64,000 nucleotides of DNA from Octopus bimaculoides (Eukaryota). The DNA lies in contig NC_068981.1 in NCBI RefSeq assembly GCF_001194135.2, forward strand, positions 81,431,858 through 81,495,857. Reading direction: 5' to 3'. The position numbers and the translations under genes are program-made. Positions 25,714-36,961 of the stretch are shown one piece after another (position 1 is the stretch's first letter; each line of letters starts with the position of its first letter). The notes under the pieces are model-generated. The model saw nothing but the letters and a program-made list of their open reading frames with translations, ran no database searches and was not told the origin of the DNA.

Positions 25714-26540
25714 CTATTGGAGGGCTGTCTTGTGAACCACATTCCTTGTCAATCCTCCAGGAGAATAGTAGAATAGATTGGCTCAGTTTCCAACTCCCGA
25801 ACAGCATGCATATAGCTGCCCGCGTGAAAAACATGGAGTGCCCAACCACTTTGAGTGATTGCCCCTGGGCTTCGTTGATGGTCATGGCAAAGCTTAGACG
25901 TACAGGGAACTGTACCCTGATGTTTAAACAATTAACAGTTCTTTGGCTTTTGCATTTGACGACTGTTGCTTTAAGTATTTTATTTCGATTTTCACTGACG
26001 TAGTGGTAAGAACAACGGGATACGTAACAGTAGTTCCGAATGAAAATAAAAATAGAAGTTTTAATCATCCGATGGACAGACAAACATTATAAAAATAGCG
26101 ATTCTCACTTTGAAACTGACAATTTTGAAAATCTTTTTAGATTACGGAACGTCCCGATCTCTCATGTAATTGTATTGAGCCCTCTACTTATAGAGAGAGG
26201 GAGACAGAGATAGAGGCAGAGAGAGGAAAGAAGAGAGGCAGCATAGCGACAGTTTTGGCTGTCATCCTGTACTCACCTTGTTGCCAGCGAAATGGTGTGT
26301 GCCGGCTGTCTGAGCAAATCGTTGCTTCTAATGAACAGGATGGCGGAAGAAACAGAACAAAAATATTACAAAAATAGCGATTCTCACTTTGAAACTGCCA
26401 ATTTTGAAAATCGTTTTAGATTACGGAATGCCACGCACTCTCATGTATCCACGTTTAAAATTTCAGCGCGATCGGATGAAAAATACTCAGGTTATAAGCG
26501 CACAAAAAACAGACAGACAGAACTGGATTTATATATTAGA
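25714..26540 (-). mobile_element. Non-autonomous Helitron: 5' terminus plus Pif1 helicase C-terminal fragment
   Basis: Minus begins TCTAATATATAAATCC at 26540. 25915-25714 encodes, with a frameshift, QFPVRLSFAMTINEAQGQSLKVVG/PCFSRGQLYACCSGVGN...TRNVVHKTALQ (Pif1 motifs V-VI). I did not locate the 3' end. Confidence 0.85.
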
Positions 26541-27287
26541 CTAGCAGAGATACCCGGCGATGCTCAGGATTAAAATAGCATAGTTTGTATATAATATATT
26601 ACAGTTATGTTAAAACAGATAATATGCAAAAGTGCAGCATTGACAACAAAACATTTGTGGAATAAATGATGGGCTAATTCGACTAAACAACATGCTATGC
26701 GTCCGTTTGCAGTATTTCAGACCCTGACCTGTTGGGGTTATGTGATTTTCGAATGCACCAAAAAGCTGTCAGCGGATATGCTCTCTTTTGCAGCAGTCGG
26801 CGCTGTGTCCAACACGACCCGTCATCTGAAATTTTGACACCTCCTTCGGATTTGTTGTCCAACATCACTCATAAAGTAAATTTGGAGGAACTGTTGTTCA
26901 TTTGTCGATAACAGGAAACCAATGAGGTGATAGACTTGTCCTTGAACTTTGACGTCGTCGTAAATTCATGTTTATCTATCTTCTTAGATGCACCAAAACG
27001 ATGTCATTTGCAGAGTTGTATTGTCTGATATTGTTCAGAAAATCCTTTGACTGGATGGAAATGCCTTCTAGAAGATCCATAAAAGGTTGAGAAGGAGCTG
27101 GTAGTGCTGGCAATGTTACCTGACCGCTTGAGCAGCACATACCATTTGTTTCATTTGAAAATTTTAAAGCTCTACAGAAAAGACAATTTGTGTTTAGTAC
27201 ACCAATTTGGACAGAGTTATCATTTTTATAAGAATGGGATGGATCATATCTGAAAACAGCTTCAGGAGTTGCGAAGAACGAATTTGT
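26541..27287 (-). mobile_element. Helitron internal-deletion derivative (RepHel N-terminal fragment plus 3' terminus)
   Basis: Reverse-complement homolog of 30820-31565; ends in a degenerate hairpin and ...GGGTATCTCTG-CTAG at 26541; the 5' part lies in the gap. Confidence 0.85.
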
Positions 27288-28779
27288 NNNNNNNNNNNNN
27301 NNNNNNNNNNNNNNNNNNNNNNNNNNNNNNNNNNNNNNNNNNNNNNNNNNNNNNNNNNNNNNNNNNNNNNNNNNNNNNNNNNNNNNNNNNNNNNNNNNNN
27401 NNNNNNNNNNNNNNNNNNNNNNNNNNNNNNNNNNNNNNNNNNNNNNNNNNNNNNNNNNNNNNNNNNNNNNNNNNNNNNNNNNNNNNNNNNNNNNNNNNNN
27501 NNNNNNNNNNNNNNNNNNNNNNNNNNNNNNNNNNNNNNNNNNNNNNNNNNNNNNNNNNNNNNNNNNNNNNNNNNNNNNNNNNNNNNNNNNNNNNNNNNNN
27601 NNNNNNNNNNNNNNNNNNNNNNNNNNNNNNNNNNNNNNNNNNNNNNNNNNNNNNNNNNNNNNNNNNNNNNNNNNNNNNNNNNNNNNNNNNNNNNNNNNNN
27701 NNNNNNNNNNNNNNNNNNNNNNNNNNNNNNNNNNNNNNNNNNNNNNNNNNNNNNNNNNNNNNNNNNNNNNNNNNNNNNNNNNNNNNNNNNNNNNNNNNNN
27801 NNNNNNNNNNNNNNNNNNNNNNNNNNNNNNNNNNNNNNNNNNNNNNNNNNNNNNNNNNNNNNNNNNNNNNNNNNNNNNNNNNNNNNNNNNNNNNNNNNNN
27901 NNNNNNNNNNNNNNNNNNNNNNNNNNNNNNNNNNNNNNNNNNNNNNNNNNNNNNNNNNNNNNNNNNNNNNNNNNNNNNNNNNNNNNNNNNNNNNGGTGTG
28001 TGTCGTGATGATTGATTAAGGTACATACGTATATAGAAAATGTGACGCCATCGTATAAAATGTTTTACGATAGTTGATTTATGGAAAAGATTATGTTTAA
28101 TTTTTGAAATGCAAATATGTGAATAGAAATTAAGTTAAATTTGTAGCCGAAATAGTACTGAATCTTTTGATACTCCGTACGTCAAAATCTGTAACTCGAT
28201 TTTGGAATGCGTAAGGAATATACATATATGGGACAGTATCTCACATTGCAATAGAAAGGTAATACTGAAATACTGTAAGAGATAAGAGATTACTCTGGAC
28301 TCGCATTAGGCAAGAAGTTGGAAATTCTTTTTCCCATGACACTGCATGGACCTTGGCTTTTGTATTTGACGCATGTTGCTTTAAGTATTTTATTTCGATT
28401 TTATGTATATATGTATAAGCTAATGAAGGAGACCTCTACATTGTAGCTAGAGTTGGTAGAATTAGCAGCCAAATTTCCCTGAAAACACCCTACTGTCTTA
28501 ATCCGACAATTCTGCCTGTTACGTAGTGTGAATGAGAAACTGTAACTAAAGATTAAGATTATTAACCCCAAAATTTTACGCGTTTTAATAGCAATCAATT
28601 TTTCTATTTGCTTTCCTCATAGTTTTTCATGTCAGATGTAAAGGTGAAGAGGGTTAACTTGGACGCTGTTAAGTAGTGGCGATGTTTGGTGATTGTATGT
28701 GGTGGTTACTTTTGACTGTTTGTTCTCAATAAGGATAATTGATTGATAACGAATCTTAACACAATATATACACAACTTG

Positions 28780-29104
28780 AAGTGGAATTGGACGTCATAA
28801 GAGACACAGAGAGCGGAAAGAAGAGAGACAGCACAGCAAACAGTTTTGGCTGACTGTGCTGGCTGTCTGAGCAACTGGTTGCTTTTAATGGCGGAACAAA
28901 CAGGACAAAAAGATTACAAAAATAGCGATTTTCACTTTAAACTAAGAATTTTGAAAATCTTTTTAGATTACGGAACTCCCCGCTCTTTCGTGTATCCATG
29001 ATTAAAGTTTCAACGCAATCGGATGAACAATACTCGAGTTATAAGCGCACAAACAGACAGACAGACAGACAAAACGGGATTTATATATTAGATTATATAT
29101 TAGA
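28780..29104 (-). mobile_element. Second copy of the Helitron 5' region found at 26230-26540
   Basis: Shared AAAATAGCGATT...TTAGATTACGGAA...ATCGGATGAA...TTATAAGCGCACA (ACAG)n GGATTTATATATTAGA; the terminal 12-mer TCTAATATATAA is tandemly doubled. Confidence 0.8.
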
Positions 29105-29129
29105 TAATAATTCGTATTTCTCTTCAACT

Positions 29130-29335
29130 ATTTTTATGTATTTGTGTGTCTGTGTTTGTCCCTACATCATCGCTTGACAACTGATGTTAGTGTTTACGTC
29201 CCCGTAACTTAGCGGTTCGGTAAAAGAGACCGAGAGAATAAGTACTAGGCTTACAAAGAATAAGTCCTGGGGGTCGAATTGTTCGACTAAAGGCGGTGCT
29301 CCATCACGGCCGCAGTCAAATGATTGAAACAATCA
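29130..29335 (+). mobile_element. SINE family B 3' half
   Basis: CGCTTGACAAC...CCCCGTAACTTAGCGGTTCGG...AATAAGTCCTGGGG...GGCCGCAGTCAAATGA. Confidence 0.85.
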
Positions 29336-29903
29336 TTAATAAAATAATGAAAGAAAGATCACGTAAAAGTGGCCGTAATTTTTGTTGTTTGTTTTCGTAA
29401 GAAAAGAAAGAAAAGAAATCCGTTGGAATGCATAATTATTTTATGACATGAAAATGATTGGGAAAGTTGATTTCTCGTTACAGAATACTTATCAGGATCG
29501 CGGTATTCACGTAACGCAAGAGATTTCTTGTACTTTCTAAGCATATGTAACCCCGTTTCGCTCAATTAACTAACCTATACAGACTTCTATAAAGAAGATA
29601 GAGACTGTGGAATTTCTCACTTCGATCTTCTTTTGATCTCTATTTTTATCTCTTTTCGAGCCAACTAGGGAAGATGCACGTAGTCGCCATACGTGCTTGA
29701 ATAACAGATAAATTTCCATCAAATCACACCCTACTTTCTTAAAAGCAGGAGTAACACATTAGATAATGTAGTCATAAATACACACGATGAATAATGAAAA
29801 ACGAAAACAAAAAAAGAACATAAATCACGACAGGAATGCTTTTAATGTAGATCAGGGATGAACCGGGGTTTAAACAACAGCAAGAACAATATATTACTTC
29901 TCT

Positions 29904-30091
29904 TCACGCCGGGCGAAATGCTTAGCGGTATTTCGTCTGTCTTTACGTTCTGAATTCAAATTCCGCCGAGGTCGACTTTGCTTTTCATCCTTTCGGGGTC
30001 GATAAATTAAGCACCAGTTGCGTACTGGGATCGATCTGATCGACTGACCCCCTCCCCGAAAATTTCGGGCCTTGTGCCTAGAGAAGATAAG
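29904..30091 (+). mobile_element. SINE family C
   Basis: Family core present; imperfect TSD AATATATTACTTCTCT / AATATATAACTTCTTT. Confidence 0.8.
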
Positions 30092-30399
30092 AATATATAA
30101 CTTCTTTCTCCCATCAGAGAAATTCAGATATTGTTGTAATCACTATTATACGTAAAAAAAAAACAATGAATGTTNNNNNNNNNNNNNNNNNNNNNNNNNN
30201 NNNNNNNNNNNNNNNNNNNNNNNNNNNNNNNNNNNNNNNNNNNNNNNNNNNNNNNNNNNNNNNNNNNNNNNNNNNNNNNNNNNNNNNNNNNNNNNNNNNN
30301 NNNNNNNNNNNNNNNNNNNNNNNNNNNNNNNNNNNNNNNNNNNNNNNNNNNNNNNNNNNNNNNNNNNNNNNNNNNNNNNCACACACATTAAGAAATTTA

Positions 30400-31564
30400 T
30401 CTATAATAATTATTGTGGCATTTATCATTAAATTAGCAGTTCATACATCTGCTCTTATTTGGTTAATTTATACTGCATACAAAAATAAAAACATACTACA
30501 TACATATAACTGATTACAAAAATAGGGATTAATGTATAAATTCTTTCTAATTTCATAATTTTTTGCTTACGATATTGAAAAAATATCCCACAAAAGAAAA
30601 GACTTAATCTCTCCAGAAACAAGTATAAAGCAAGGAGGATTGTAGAAAACCGAAAGCAAGAGTCTGAAGAGAGAAGCGAGATGAGATCTTTTCAAGATCA
30701 GCAAATGCATGTTGCAGCACTTAATGCTGGATCATTAAATCAATGTTTTAATGATTAGACAGAGGTCCAATAGAATAGCTCTCAGAAACAGACTACGTAC
30801 AAATTTGTTCTTCACAACTCCTGATGCTGTTTTCAGATATGATCCATCCCATTCTTATAAAAATGATAACTCTGTCCAAATTGGTGTGCTGAACACAAAT
30901 TGTCGTTTCTGTAGAGCTTTAAAATTTTCAAATGAAACAAATGGTATGTGTTGCTCAGGTGATCAGGTAACATTGCCAGCACTACCAGCTCCTTCTAAAC
31001 CTCTTATGGATCTTCTAGAAGGCATTTCCAACCAGTCAAAGGATGTTCTGTACAATATCAGACAATACAACTCTGCATTTCAAATGACATCGTTTACTGC
31101 ATCTAAGAGGATAGATAAACATGAATTTACGCCGACATCAAAGTTCAAGGGCGAGTCTATCACCTCATTGGTTCCCTGTTACAGACAAATGAACGACCAC
31201 AGTTCCTCTAAATATACTTTATGAATGATGTAGGACAACAAACACAAAGGAGGTGTCAAAATTTCAGATGATGGGTCGTGTTAGAAACAGCGCCGACTGC
31301 TGCAAAAGAGAGTATATCGACTGACAGCTTTTCAATGCGTCCAAAAATCACATAACCCCCACCCCCAATTTTCCATGACATGTTAGGGCCTGAAATACTC
31401 TAAAAAGACGCATAGCACGTTGCTTAGTCGAATTAGCGCATCATTTACTCCACAAATGTTTTGTTGTCAATGTTGCACTTTTCCATATCACCTGTTTCAA
31501 CATAACCGTAATATATTATATACTATGACATTTAAATCCCGAGCAACACCGGGTATCTCTGCTA

Positions 31565-31565
<1 letters not shown>
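30400..31565 (+). mobile_element. Non-autonomous Helitron, apparently complete (A|TC ... hairpin-CTAG|T) with RepHel N-terminal pseudo-ORF
   Basis: Candidate start A|TCTATAATAAT at 30400. Pseudo-ORF CRFCRALKFSNETNGMCCSG...NIRQYNSAFQMTSF.../KVQGRVYHLIGSLL...PQFL*IYF. 3' CCCGAGCAACACCGGG hairpin, then CTAG (31562-31565) followed by T. Confidence 0.85.
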
Positions 31566-31614
<49 letters not shown>

Positions 31615-31714
31615 NNNNNNNNNNNNNNNNNNNNNNNNNNNNNNNNNNNNNNNNNNNNNNNNNNNNNNNNNNNNNNNNNNNNNNNNNNNNNNNNNNNNNN
31701 NNNNAATATATATT

Positions 31715-31764
<50 letters not shown>

Positions 31765-31772
31765 TAATATTA

Positions 31773-32071
31773 TCAAGGGCAATGATAAATATTAGAAATT
31801 TCTACTACCAGTGGCCTAGCGTGTAAAATTTAGTGTACATTTAAACACATAAGAGGCATCCATCATTTTTCATTCCCTTCGAAGTTTTATCCCTAAATAG
31901 TGGTATGAAATTTAACTGTTCTTTCTAGCGTGCAAGGAATCCATATGATGGATGCCTCTTATGTGTTAAAATGTACACTGTATTTATATGAATAATTTAT
32001 AGTCTATTGACGAAATTTTACACGCTAGGCCACTGGTAGTAGAAATTTCTAATATTTCTCATTGTCCTTGA
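31773..32071. mobile_element. Foldback/MITE-like element with nested inverted repeats
   Basis: Outer ~58-bp arms (31773-31830 / 32014-32071) and inner 35-bp arms (31832-31866 / 31945-31979); flanked by TA on both sides. Confidence 0.75.
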
Positions 32072-32259
32072 TAATTTTTTTCTGGATAATTTTCGATTTG
32101 AAAAGTCGACATTTTAATTTACTGCCGACGAGGAGCTGCGCTTGCGCGGTAGATTTGAAAAATTAGAATGTGTAAGCATGAGGCAGATACTGGATTGCCT
32201 TGTGTATATATGTTTAATCTAAGGTGTACCTGCCGAAGAAGACTTCGCCTAGCAAATTA

Positions 32260-32575
32260 GGATCTAGTTCAAAACGGGGGCACCAGTTTTCATTTATGTT
32301 TTATGTAGTGTTTTTGGTATCGAAAGACTTTCAAACTTCGTATACTTATCTATTTTGTGTTATAGAACAGAAAACAATTTTTGTATTCGGAGTTATTTCA
32401 TGTAAAAAATTCTTATTTCGATAATTTCAACCAATCACTGACAAGTATTCAGCTGTTTACAGTTACTCCTTTGGCAGTTTAAGCGGTGTAAAGCGTATTT
32501 AATCTCCGTTTATAATTTCGTTAACATCTGCCTGAACTGTATGTGTACAACATTTGCTTTTTTCATTTTCTTTCA
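32260..32575. mobile_element. Left arm of the GGATCTAGTTC-type MITE
   Basis: Near-identical to 54100-54265 over ~165 bp; runs into a gap. Confidence 0.85.
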
Positions 32576-33751
32576 NNNNNNNNNNNNNNNNNNNNNNNNN
32601 NNNNNNNNNNNNNNNNNNNNNNNNNNNNNNNNNNNNNNNNNNNNNNNNNNNNNNNNNNNNNNNNNNNNNNNNNNNNNNNNNNNNNNNNNNNNNNNNNNNN
32701 NNNNNNNNNNNNNNNNNNNNNNNNNNNNNNNNNNNNNNNNNNNNNNNNNNNNNNNNNNNNNNNNNNNNNNNNNNNNNNNNNNNNNNNNNNNNNNNNNNNN
32801 NNNNNNNNNNNNNNNNNNNNNNNNNNNNNNNNNNNNNNNNNNNNNNNNNNNNNNNNNNNNNNNNNNNNNNNNNNNNNNNNNNNNNNNNNNNNNNNNNNNN
32901 NNNNNNNNNNNNNNNNNNNNNNNNNNNNNNNNNNNNNNNNNNNNNNNNNNNNNNNNNNNNNNNNNNNNNNNNNNNNNNNNNNNNNNNNNNNNNNNNNNNN
33001 NNNNNNNNNNNNNNNNNNNNNNNNNNNNNNNNNNNNNNNNNNNNNNNNNNNNNNNNNNNNNNNNNNNNNNNNNNNNNNNNNNNNNNNNNNNNNNNNNNNN
33101 NNNNNNNNNNNNNNNNNNNNNNNNNNNNNNNNNNNNNNNNNNNNNNNNNNNNNNNNNNNNNNNNNNNNNNNNNNNNNNNNNNNNNNNNNNNNNNNNNNNN
33201 NNNNNNNNNNNNNNNNNNNNNNNNNNNNNNNNNNNNNNNNNNNNNNNNNNNNNNNNNNNNNNNNNNNNNNNNNNNNNNNNNNNNNNNNNNNNNNNNNNNN
33301 NNNNNNNNNNNNNNNNNNNNNNNNNNNNNNNNNNNNNNNNNNNNNNNNNNNNNNNNNNNNNNNNNNNNNNNNNNNNNNNNNNNNNNNNNNNNNNNNNNNN
33401 NNNNNNNNNNNNNNNNNNNNNNNNNNNNNNNNNNNNNNNNNNNNNNNNNNNNNNNNNNNNNNNNNNNNNNNNNNNNNNNNNNNNNNNNNNNNNNNNNNNN
33501 NNNNNNNNNNNNNNNNNNNNNNAAACATTTTATTACATTTAAATTTCTATCTTACAATTAAAATAACGGTTTCATATTCTTTTATAATTAAGATCTACAC
33601 TGTTAATATATGAATGCGAAAGAGATACTTGAATAACTGTACACCTACTTTTGGGCCGCCTTGTATATACAGTAGTACCTCAGTTTTCGAACACCTCTGA
33701 TAACGAATAAATCATGCTTTACATACACACACACATGTATGTGTGTGTGTA

Positions 33752-34130
33752 GGTGCAGGAGTGGTGTGTGGTAAGAAGCTTGCTTCCCAGCCACATGGTT
33801 CTGGGTTCAGTCCCACTGGGCAAGTGTCTCCTATTATAGCCTCGGGCCGACCAAAGCCTTGTGAGTGGATTTGGTAGATGGAAACTGAAAGAAACCCGTC
33901 GTATATATAGATATATACGCATGACTTTGTATCTGTGTTCCCCCACAACCACCACCATCACTTGACAACCGATGTAAGTGTGTTTTCGTCCCCGTAACTT
34001 AAAGAGACCGATAGAATGAGTAGTACTAGGCTTACAAAGAATAAGTACTGGTGTCGATTTGTTCGACTAAAAGGCAGTGCTCTAGCATGGCCGCAGTAAA
34101 ATGACCGAAACAAGTAAAAGAATAAAAGAA
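33752..34130 (+). mobile_element. SINE family B
   Basis: Head, core and tail are all recognisable. Confidence 0.88.
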
Positions 34131-34699
34131 TATATTTAAGTTAGCATGTCTTTCAGGGAAAAAGTTAGGGATTTATGGAGAAACGCCCTAATTCAGAGAA
34201 CAAGTAGACTTACAGTTGTCGAAAATTAAATTACTGTTAATAAACCATTATCTGCACGGTGAATATCGAGAATCGAAACGACGACCAACGTATTTATTCT
34301 TAATACAAACAAACAAAATTACTAATCGCGATTAGCTTATTTGCGTTACAACGTATTAAGGAATAAATATGCAAGTCATCGAAATTATTGCTATTTTAAC
34401 CTCTCAAGTCAACATTGTTCAAGAAACGACTGACCTTGCGTTAAACAACACCGACAATGACAACAACAACAAATATTGCATTTGCTAATAAACTGAAATT
34501 ATTATTTAATTATATGGGCTAAACAAAACAAGATCATTGAAAAATACGAGTTTATTCAGCAATCATTGATTTCACTAAATCGGCCTTAAGTCTAACCTTG
34601 AGCTTAATCCCGTAAGCGGTTACGTATTGAATGTTATACGCAACAAAACTCGGATCTATTCCATCTCGATCACAGATTTTTTAAGTAATTTTTTTTTTT

Positions 34700-34870
34700 A
34701 GCTAAACAGTTTGAAACTTCGAATACTGGTAGAATTTCTCGCGTAGAACACGGTTTACTCTGAACGTTTTTGACAAAATTTGGTATTTTAGAAGTTATTT
34801 CGTGTTAAAGTTGTATTTGGGCAATTTCAACCAATCAACGACGTGTATTCGGTTGAAGAAAGCTACTGCT
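34700..34870. mobile_element. Degenerate arm related to the GGATCT MITE family
   Basis: TGAAACTTCGAATACTGGTAGAAT...AGTTATTTCGTGTTAAAGTTG...AATTTCAACCAATCA is shared with 48304-48510 and with the reverse complement of 54680-54840. Confidence 0.6.
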
Positions 34871-35829
34871 GTTTGCGATAGTAATCGAAGACGATCAACT
34901 TCCGGGTCATCTCTACTAAATGTTACCACTCTTTTGTATTCGTATGGCGAGCGAACCACCTTTATCCTTTCTTGCTTTCTAGTCAACCGGTGTATAAACC
35001 GCTATTTGTTTTGTTTTACCTTCATGTTTTAATAATGTTATTTTTTATCTAATAAAGAATTTTATATTGACGAAATGTGTCTGTTGTTGATTATAGTAAG
35101 ATAAAATTCATGACAATAACAATACATCTGTAGCAATGCACAAGAAGCCAACGCCATTTTATACGAGAACTCGCCGGTAGCCATTACCATGTCCGAGATA
35201 GGAGCGAGATCTCGCCTGCAACCATTTGCCATGCGCGAGACGACAGCGAGACTCTCGTCAGCAACGACTATTTAAGCAGGAGATTTGAGACATTCTCTCC
35301 TTTTCTTCCTTCTCGCTCATAGAGTTCGTATCATGCTGGTGCGTTTACTGATTGTGTGAGGAGTAGACGACTGTCTTGTGCTGCTTTGCAGCGGTTTTCT
35401 GGTTGTGCTTTCTCTCCGCCTTGAGGAGGGTCAGCAATGTTAACAGTAAGAAACATGTTCTATTCGGACCTTAGTGGGTCCGAATTGTCCTCTTCGGAGG
35501 AGGAGCTCGTACGAGCAGTTGATAGAATGGACAAGTGCTTAAGGAAGGAAAAGTTTTGTGGAAGCAACAGAAGTCACAAAAAGGAGGTGAACCTGACAAA
35601 CATGAAGAAATACGAGAAAATGGCATGTAGGATAGGTGGTGACGTTCTCACCACCACAGAAAGTATTGGAAGAAATGGGTAAGAAAACAATAATATATAA
35701 GGTGTACTCAGTGGAAGAAAGGAAAATTGAAAATATTGAGGCAGAAATAATAGAAAAGGCGTCGTACTCTGTCTGGTAAGACATAACATATCTTGCCAGA
35801 GGAAGCAGATACAGAACACCTTCTCTTGG

Positions 35830-36095
35830 GATCACCAGCACTTTATTTAACTTTCTTTCAACTTCTCTTTTTTCTATTATTATCTCCCTCTTTCAAACTT
35901 TTTTCCAATTATTCGAAATGCTGGGCCGCTGAAATCTACAAGTTTTTTTTTCATTCTTTCTCTGTTTACTTTCTTTTATTCCTTTCTGTTGAAGAGCGTA
36001 GGCTCGAAACGTAAAAGACTTTTTCATTTTCCCGAGCGTCAAACTAATTACACTTGCTTGTTGTTCATACACCTGTCTTCGTCTTTTGTTTTTCT
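35830..36095 (+). repeat. Dispersed repeat carrying a hammerhead-like motif (copy 3 of 3)
   Basis: CTTT-CTGTTGA-A-GAGC GTAG GCTC-GAA-ACGT-A-AAAG at 35982-36017. Confidence 0.75.
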
Positions 36096-36132
<37 letters not shown>

Positions 36133-36920
36133 NNNNNNNNNNNNNNNNNNNNNNNNNNNNNNNNNNNNNNNNNNNNNNNNNNNNNNNNNNNNNNNNNNNN
36201 NNNNNNNNNNNNNNNNNNNNNNNNNNNNNNNNNNNNNNNNNNNNNNNNNNNNNNNNNNNNNNNNNNNNNNNNNNNNNNNNNNNNNNNNNNNNNNNNNNNN
36301 NNNNNNNNNNNNNNNNNNNNNNNNNNNNNNNNNNNNNNNNNNNNNNNNNNNNNNNNNNNNNNNNNNNNNNNNNNNNNNNNNNNNNNNNNNNNNNNNNNNN
36401 NNNNNNNNNNNNNNNNNNNNNNNNNNNNNNNNNNNNNNNNNNNNNNNNNNNNNNNNNNNNNNNNNNNNNNNNNNNNNNNNNNNNNNNNNNNNNNNNNNNN
36501 NNNNNNNNNNNNNNNNNNNNNNNNNNNNNNNNNNNNNNNNNNNNNNNNNNNNNNNNNNNNNNNNNNNNNNNNNNNNNNNNNNNNNNNNNNNNNNNNNNNN
36601 NNNNNNNNNNNNNNNNNNNNNNNNNNNNNNNNNNNNNNNNNNNNNNNNNNNNNNNNNNNNNNNNNNNNNNNNNNNNNNNNNNNNNNNNNNNNNNNNNNNN
36701 NNNNNNNNNNNNNNNNNNNNNNNNNNNNNNNNNNNNNNNNNNNNNNNNNNNNNNNNNNNNNNNNNNNNNNNNNNNNNNNNNNNNNNNNNNNNNNNNNNNN
36801 NNNNNNNNNNNNNNNNNNNNNNNNNNNNNNNNNNNNNNNNNNNTAATCTGAAAATTTTAAAATCGTTTTTTAACACTTTTACTTCCTAACATTTTTTCAT
36901 TTAGTGTGTGTGTGTTGCTC

Positions 36921-36961
<41 letters not shown>

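Noticed and set aside
35437-35682. Acidic N-terminus resembling a piggyBac transposase
   Set aside because: There is no catalytic domain, no TTAA-flanked TIRs, and the ORF stops after 81 aa.
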